Positions 30,652 through 35,027 of a DNA stretch of 35,027 bases are shown piece by piece; the stretch's first letter is position 1; each line of letters starts with the position of its first letter. The DNA is taken from contig CAYWMC010000001.1 in assembly GCA_964459345.1 (NCBI GenBank), positions 1-35,027 of the forward strand, read 5' to 3'. Made by a program: the position numbers and the translations under genes. A model generated the notes under the pieces. The model did not search any database. It saw nothing but the letters and a program-made list of their open reading frames with translations, and was not told the origin of the DNA. The DNA comes from an uncultured Klebsiella sp. Lineage in GTDB: Bacteria; Pseudomonadota; Gammaproteobacteria; Pseudomonadales; Pseudohongiellaceae.

Positions 30652-33189
30652 ATGAAAATATCAAATCTGCTGACTCTGTCGTCGGTTGCCGCCCTGCTGG
30701 GCTCAGTGGCAGCGACTGCACCAGTCGCCATGGCCCAGGCGCCAGCGGCTGAAGAAATCGAAGAAGTTGTAATCATCGGTTCACGCCGCGCTCCGCGCAC
30801 GGCGCTTGACTCCGCTGCGCCCGTAGACGTGTTCTCTGCCTCCGACTTCCAGGACCAGGGCACCGCCGACATGAACGACCTGCTGCGCAACCTGGTTCCA
30901 ACGTTCAACGTGGACGTGCAGGACATCAACGACTCCAGCAGCCTGGTACGCCCCGCTACTCTGCGCGGCCTGCCTGCAGACGACACGCTGGTGCTGGTGA
31001 ACGGCAAGCGCCGTCACCGCTCCGCCGCTGTGCAGTTCGGCCGTCAGGGCACGCACTTCGCAGACGTGTCCCAGATTCCTCCGATTGCACTGCGTCAGGT
31101 AGAAGTTCTGCGTGACGGCGCGGCCGCTCAGTACGGTTCCGACGCCATCGCCGGCGTGATCAACTTCCAGCTCAAGGAAAATCGTGAAGGTCTGTCAGTA
31201 GAAACCAAGACAGGCATTCTGACCGAGACCAATGACGGCCAGCTCAACTACGTTGCAGCCAACCTCGGCCTGCCGCTGGGCAACAATGGTTTTGCCAGCC
31301 TGAGCATGGACATGACCAACCAGAAGCGCAGCGACCGCAGCATTCAGCGCGGCGACGCGCAGACGCTGATCAACAACGGCAACACTGCAGTGCGTGTGAA
31401 CGCCCAGCACCAGGGTCTGCCAGACACCGAGATCGTCAACCTGTTTGCGAACGTCGGTCTGGACCTGGGCAATGACCAGGAGCTTTACTCCTTCACCGGT
31501 TACAGCGAGAAGGAAGTGGAACTCGGCTTCTTCTTCCGCAACCCTGAAAACCGTGGTGGCGTGTTCACCAGCGGCGCCAACCAGCTGTTCTTCGACCAGA
31601 CGCCTGGCACTGGCACAACCTGCCCGACCATTCCGCGCGGCGTGAATGCAACAACCAAAGTCACCAGCTCCGTTGCAGCACGCAATGCCGGCCTGGCTGA
31701 CCCGACCTGCTTCACCTTCCTGGAGTGGTTCCCAGGTGGTTACACCCCTGACTTCGGCGGCAAGAACGTCGACATGTCCAACGTGACCGGCCTTCGTGGC
31801 GAACTCAACGACGGCACCACGTACGACCTGAGCCTGGGCAATGGTTTCTCCGAGATGACCTACATGATCTCGAATACCACCAACCCGTCCATGGGCCCGA
31901 ACTCTCCTACCAGCTTCGAGCCAGGCATCTACACGACGATCGAGAACAACATCAACCTCGACCTGTCCAAGCCGTTCGACGTGGGCTTGTACTCGCCGCT
32001 GAACGTTGCCTACGGTCTGGAATGGCGTCGTGAGATCTTCAAGGTTGGTTCAGAAGATCAGGATTCCTACCGCATCGGCGAATACTCCAATCTTGGAGCA
32101 GGCGTGGGTTCTGACGGCTTCCAGGGTTTCGGCCCGGACCAGCAGGGCACCTGGGATCGCAAGAACTGGGCGATCTACGCTGACCTCGAAGTGGACGTCA
32201 CCGAGCAGCTGCTGCTGGGCGCCGCGATCCGTTACGAAGACTTCTACAACACCTTCGGCGGCACCACCAATGGCAAGCTGACAGCACGTTACGCGCTGAC
32301 AGAGACGACCAACATCCGCAGCACGATCAGCACGGGATTCCGCGCACCGTCACCGGGTCAGGCCAACATCTCCAACATCAGCACCGGCGTTGTAGACAGC
32401 ATCCCTGTGACACAGGGCCAGATTCCTCCGACCAACCCGATCTCTCAACTGTTCGGCGGCAAGGAACTGACTCCGGAAGAGTCCACCAACTACAGCATCG
32501 GTGTAGCGACAGAATTCGGCGGTCTTGATCTGACCATCGACTACTACCGCATCGACCTGGATGACCGCATCCTGAACTCTGCAACCTTCGACATCACGCC
32601 GGCGATTGCAGCGCAACTGGAAGCATCAGGCATCTCTGGTGCACGCAGCATCGTGTCCTTCAACTACTACACCAACGACATGTCCACCACCAACGAAGGT
32701 GTGGAAATCGTAGGTTCGTGGGGCATGGACTGGGAAGACTTCGGCAACACCGAGTTCGCCGCTTCCTGGGCCTGGACCAAGCAGGAGCTGACCAAGTTCA
32801 CACCTGGCCTGCTGACCCGCGCCAACGTGGCTGACCTGGAAGACGGTATCCCTGCGAACCGTGGCAACTTCCGCGCGAACCACACTCTGGGCGACTGGAG
32901 AGTCACGCTGCAAGCCAACTACTACGATGAGTACCTGTCAGTTCCAGCCAACGCCATTCCGGCGCGCGATTACTGGGTCGGCAGCGAGATCATCTTCGGC
33001 AGCGAAGTGGCCTACACCCTGCGTGACCGTTACACGTTCATCGTTGGTGCGGACAACATCCTCAATACGGCGCCTGAGAAGGTCCGTCCTGTGGATTTCA
33101 ACGCCACCACCAGCAACAAGTACGTCACTGGCGGCGCGTTCAGCCCGAACGGCGCCTTCTGGTACGCACGCTTCAAGATGGACATCTAA
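30652..33189 (+). CDS. TonB-dependent outer-membrane receptor (no N-terminal signalling extension)
   Basis: A signal peptide is followed directly by the plug start EEIEEVVIIGSR. VEVLRDGAAAQYGSDAIAGVINF is present. The barrel is long. Confidence 0.9.
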   Translation: MKISNLLTLSSVAALLGSVAATAPVAMAQAPAAEEIEEVVIIGSRRAPRTALDSAAPVDVFSASDFQDQGTADMNDLLRNLVPTFNVDVQDINDSSSLVRPATLRGLPADDTLVLVNGKRRHRSAAVQFGRQGTHFADVSQIPPIALRQVEVLRDGAAAQYGSDAIAGVINFQLKENREGLSVETKTGILTETNDGQLNYVAANLGLPLGNNGFASLSMDMTNQKRSDRSIQRGDAQTLINNGNTAVRVNAQHQGLPDTEIVNLFANVGLDLGNDQELYSFTGYSEKEVELGFFFRNPENRGGVFTSGANQLFFDQTPGTGTTCPTIPRGVNATTKVTSSVAARNAGLADPTCFTFLEWFPGGYTPDFGGKNVDMSNVTGLRGELNDGTTYDLSLGNGFSEMTYMISNTTNPSMGPNSPTSFEPGIYTTIENNINLDLSKPFDVGLYSPLNVAYGLEWRREIFKVGSEDQDSYRIGEYSNLGAGVGSDGFQGFGPDQQGTWDRKNWAIYADLEVDVTEQLLLGAAIRYEDFYNTFGGTTNGKLTARYALTETTNIRSTISTGFRAPSPGQANISNISTGVVDSIPVTQGQIPPTNPISQLFGGKELTPEESTNYSIGVATEFGGLDLTIDYYRIDLDDRILNSATFDITPAIAAQLEASGISGARSIVSFNYYTNDMSTTNEGVEIVGSWGMDWEDFGNTEFAASWAWTKQELTKFTPGLLTRANVADLEDGIPANRGNFRANHTLGDWRVTLQANYYDEYLSVPANAIPARDYWVGSEIIFGSEVAYTLRDRYTFIVGADNILNTAPEKVRPVDFNATTSNKYVTGGAFSPNGAFWYARFKMDI

Positions 33190-33228
33190 GTCCGTCGCAC
33201 TTTCTTAGTGCAATGTAAGTCAATGCAA

Positions 33229-33258
33229 AGGGTGCCACTTCGGTGGCACCCTTTTCTT
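33229..33258 (+). terminator. Strong Rho-independent terminator after the receptor gene
   Basis: The perfect 10-bp stem AGGGTGCCAC / GTGGCACCCT has a TTCG loop. It is followed by TTTCTT. Confidence 0.85.
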
Positions 33259-33276
33259 ACCAGGAGATTCGCGCAT

Positions 33277-33906
33277 ATGTTTCGCAAAGTAGTAGTTCAA
33301 TTGCTGGCAGTTTTCGTCATGGCTCTGGCCACTGCGGGCAGCTGGGCGGCCGAGCCACACGAGCCGGTCAATCATCGATTCTGTTTCACCTGCCACGGCA
33401 CCGACGGCATTGGCAGCGAAGGCATCAACGGCCCGCGCCTGGCCGGCATGGAGCCTTGGTATCTCAAGCGTCAGCTGGAGCTGTTCCGGGCCGGTGGGCG
33501 TGGCAAGCATCCTTCTGACTATCACGGCATGGAAATGCAGCCCATGGCGGTCATACTGACTGACGAGAATATCGCCGACATTCTGGAGTGGGCAGCCACC
33601 TGGGAGTATGTCCCGGCAACGCCAACCATCAGCGGTGGCAATGCAGATCGCGGTCGCCAGCTCTATCAGGCCTGCGCGAGCTGTCACGGCGCTGCGGCAG
33701 AAGGCAGCGAAGCCATGAATGCCCCCCAGCTGGCCGGTCAGAATGACTGGTACCTCGTTACACAGCTGAAGAACTTCAAGGCAGGGTATCGCGGCGTGGA
33801 CCCTCTGGATCAGTACGGCGCGATGATGCGCACCATGACTTCAGGACTTGCCGACGACCAGGCCATTGTGGACGTTGTCAGCTACATCAACACACTGGGA
33901 CGCTGA
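33277..33906 (+). CDS. Periplasmic di-haem cytochrome c, c4-like
   Basis: It is trimmed to ATG 33277 (CAGGAG 10 nt upstream, signal MFRKVVVQLLAVFVMALATAGSWA). It has two CxxCH motifs (CFTCH, CASCH). Each is followed by P(R/Q)LAG...Y...QL..F..G.RG and Met-rich ligand regions. Confidence 0.85.
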   Translation: MFRKVVVQLLAVFVMALATAGSWAAEPHEPVNHRFCFTCHGTDGIGSEGINGPRLAGMEPWYLKRQLELFRAGGRGKHPSDYHGMEMQPMAVILTDENIADILEWAATWEYVPATPTISGGNADRGRQLYQACASCHGAAAEGSEAMNAPQLAGQNDWYLVTQLKNFKAGYRGVDPLDQYGAMMRTMTSGLADDQAIVDVVSYINTLGR

Positions 33907-33949
33907 AGCGCGTCCAATTGCACAGACCCCTACTACAAGAGGCCTCAAC

Positions 33950-34426
33950 ATGACCAGATTCACCAAAGTAGTTTCCCTTTCTGCCGCCCTGTTCGCCGCC
34001 GCCTTCGCGGTCAGCAGCAGCGCTCAGGAAATCGTTCGCACCGGCGAAGGCCGCAATTTCTTCAACAACATCTTCATTCCAGCCGGCGCCGAGACGCTGT
34101 ATCTGAGTGGGGCTGGCGCAGATCCGCTTCCTGATGGCAGCTACGGCGACATGGAGCAGCAGACGGTCGACACCTTCAACAAATTCAAGGCCACGCTGGA
34201 AGAGCAGGGCTGGTCCATGGCTGACATCGTGCAGGTGCGTGTATTCGGCGTGGCCGGAGACGACGGCACCTTCGACTTCGCCGGCTTCAACCGCGGTTAC
34301 CAGCAATTCTTCGGCACCGAAGAGAACCCCATGAAGCCAGTGCGCTCTGTGGTGGAAATCGCTGATCTGGTGGTAGACGGATGGTTGGTCGAGATCGAAA
34401 TCCGCGCATCCAGAATGCCGAAGTAA
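33950..34426 (+). CDS. Exported RidA/YjgF/UK114-family protein (paralogue 1)
   Basis: It is trimmed to ATG 33950 (AAGAGG upstream). The Sec signal is MTRFTKVVSLSAALFAAAFAVSSSA. The family core is present, with KPVRSVVEI aligning to E. coli RidA PARSCVEV, so the imine-deaminase Arg is retained. Confidence 0.8.
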   Translation: MTRFTKVVSLSAALFAAAFAVSSSAQEIVRTGEGRNFFNNIFIPAGAETLYLSGAGADPLPDGSYGDMEQQTVDTFNKFKATLEEQGWSMADIVQVRVFGVAGDDGTFDFAGFNRGYQQFFGTEENPMKPVRSVVEIADLVVDGWLVEIEIRASRMPK

Positions 34427-34436
34427 TGCCCTCCCG

Positions 34437-34473
34437 CTGGCAGGAAGGGACCACTCTCCCCCCTTCCTGCCAG
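34437..34473 (+). other. Perfect 13-bp hairpin 11 nt after the RidA-1 stop, with no U-tract
   Basis: CTGGCAGGAAGGG (34437-34449) pairs with CCCTTCCTGCCAG (34461-34473). The loop is 11 nt. The following sequence is CCGCTTCTGCC. Confidence 0.5.
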
Positions 34474-34597
34474 CCGCTTCTGCCGCTCCAGACATCCCTC
34501 GATTGACTCAAAAACAAGCTTCTCCCTTTTCTCCCGGAACTCCGCAAATTTCTCCCACTGGCCGGACATGATCCGGAATCAGTGTTTTATCGCCTTG

Positions 34598-34619
34598 TTC
34601 TGCAAGCCATTTCTGCAAG
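34598..34619 (+). repeat. Direct repeat TTCTGCAAG x2 (period 13 bp) abutting copy B of the shared element
   Basis: The copies are at 34598-34606 and 34611-34619 and are identical 9-mers. Confidence 0.5.
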
Positions 34620-34672
34620 TAGATATTCAGAACAAAACAGGTAGGACTTTCAGCAGCGCTCTTCCCGATACT
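34617..34672 (+). promoter_or_regulatory. Copy B of the shared promoter/operator element, upstream of the second RidA gene
   Basis: AAGTAGATATTCAGAA CAAAACAGGT AGGACTTT (34617-34650), then 16 nt, then GATACT (34667-34672). The ATG is at 34784. Confidence 0.55.
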
Positions 34673-34783
34673 GCGTGTGCCTTTACGCTCGCATCAACAT
34701 GAACATGCAGACGCTGAGAAGGTGAGAGCCAGCAGGCCCCTTTTTCAGCGCCACACGCCAACCCATCGACGAGGAACCGCCCT

Positions 34784-35027
34784 ATGAAAACTCTGTTCAA
34801 GACTGCATGCCTGACAACTGCCCTGGCTGCGACGCTTTTCGCTGCCACTGCCAGCGCCCAGGAGATTGTCCGCACCGGTGAAAGTCGCGTGCTGTTCAAC
34901 AACATCTACATACCCGCAGGTGCCGAGACGCTGTATCTGAGCGGTGCTGGTGCTTCCGCGGCCGCAGACGGCAGCTGGGGCAACATGGAGCAGCAGACGG
35001 TCAACATCTTCGAGAAATTCAAGGCAA
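34784..35027 (+). CDS. Exported RidA-family protein (paralogue 2), 5' part only, running off the window
   Basis: It is absent from the ORF track because it has no stop in the window. My own translation is MKTLFKTACLTTALAATLFAATASAQEIVRTGESRVLFNNIYIPAGAETLYLSGAGASAAADGSWGNMEQQTVNIFEKFKA. GAGGAA lies 7 nt upstream. By hand count, 43 of 56 mature residues are identical to paralogue 1. Confidence 0.8.
   Translation, partial: MKTLFKTACLTTALAATLFAATASAQEIVRTGESRVLFNNIYIPAGAETLYLSGAGASAAADGSWGNMEQQTVNIFEKFKA

Noticed and set aside
29655-31007. Minus-strand ORFs 29655..30461 and 30483..31007 spanning the regulator 3' end, the intergenic region and the receptor 5' end
   Set aside because: They overlap well-supported plus-strand genes and the conserved promoter element. 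There is no RBS and no family signal.
34297-34569. 90-aa minus-strand ORF starting in the RidA spacer (MSGQWEKFAEFREKREK...). Also the ORF at 34627..34905.
   Set aside because: Half of each ORF runs antisense through a RidA gene. There is no RBS. The 13-bp hairpin lies inside the first one. These are most likely chance ORFs.

Overview
GC-rich chromosomal segment with gammaproteobacterial gene order. A marine Cellvibrionales or Pseudomonas-like origin is only a guess. No rRNA, tRNA, CRISPR array, IS element or integrase was seen by eye.

The window has three parts.

(1) 1-4.4 kb holds exported redox and hydrolase genes. Two convergent paralogues encode a thioredoxin-fold / c-haem (CASCH) / PHM-like fusion protein. 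Beside them lie a secreted protein of unknown family and a secreted alpha/beta hydrolase.

(2) 4.5-19.3 kb is a fully minus-strand housekeeping block. Its order is nnr-tsaE-amiB-mutL-miaA-hfq-hflX-hflK-hflC-hisZ-purA, with nhaP2 appended. This part is ordinary.

(3) 19.3-35 kb is an envelope-targeted accessory region. Almost every product carries a Sec, Tat or lipoprotein signal. It encodes a MarR regulator, a large esterase-like lipoprotein, DUF4159, ChaN and a SixA-like phosphatase. It then encodes GGT, a Tat-exported L-amino-acid-oxidase-like flavoprotein and a ToxR/CadC-like membrane regulator. A TonB-dependent receptor, a di-haem cytochrome c4-like protein and two tandem exported RidA paralogues complete it.

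The most interesting signal is read directly from the DNA. A 34-bp element followed 15-16 nt later by a -10-like hexamer occurs three times. It lies in the same orientation upstream of the oxidase-ggt operon, the TonB receptor gene and the second RidA gene. This ties these genes into one predicted regulon. I interpret it, as a hypothesis, as a periplasmic oxidative-deamination / nitrogen or keto-acid scavenging module.
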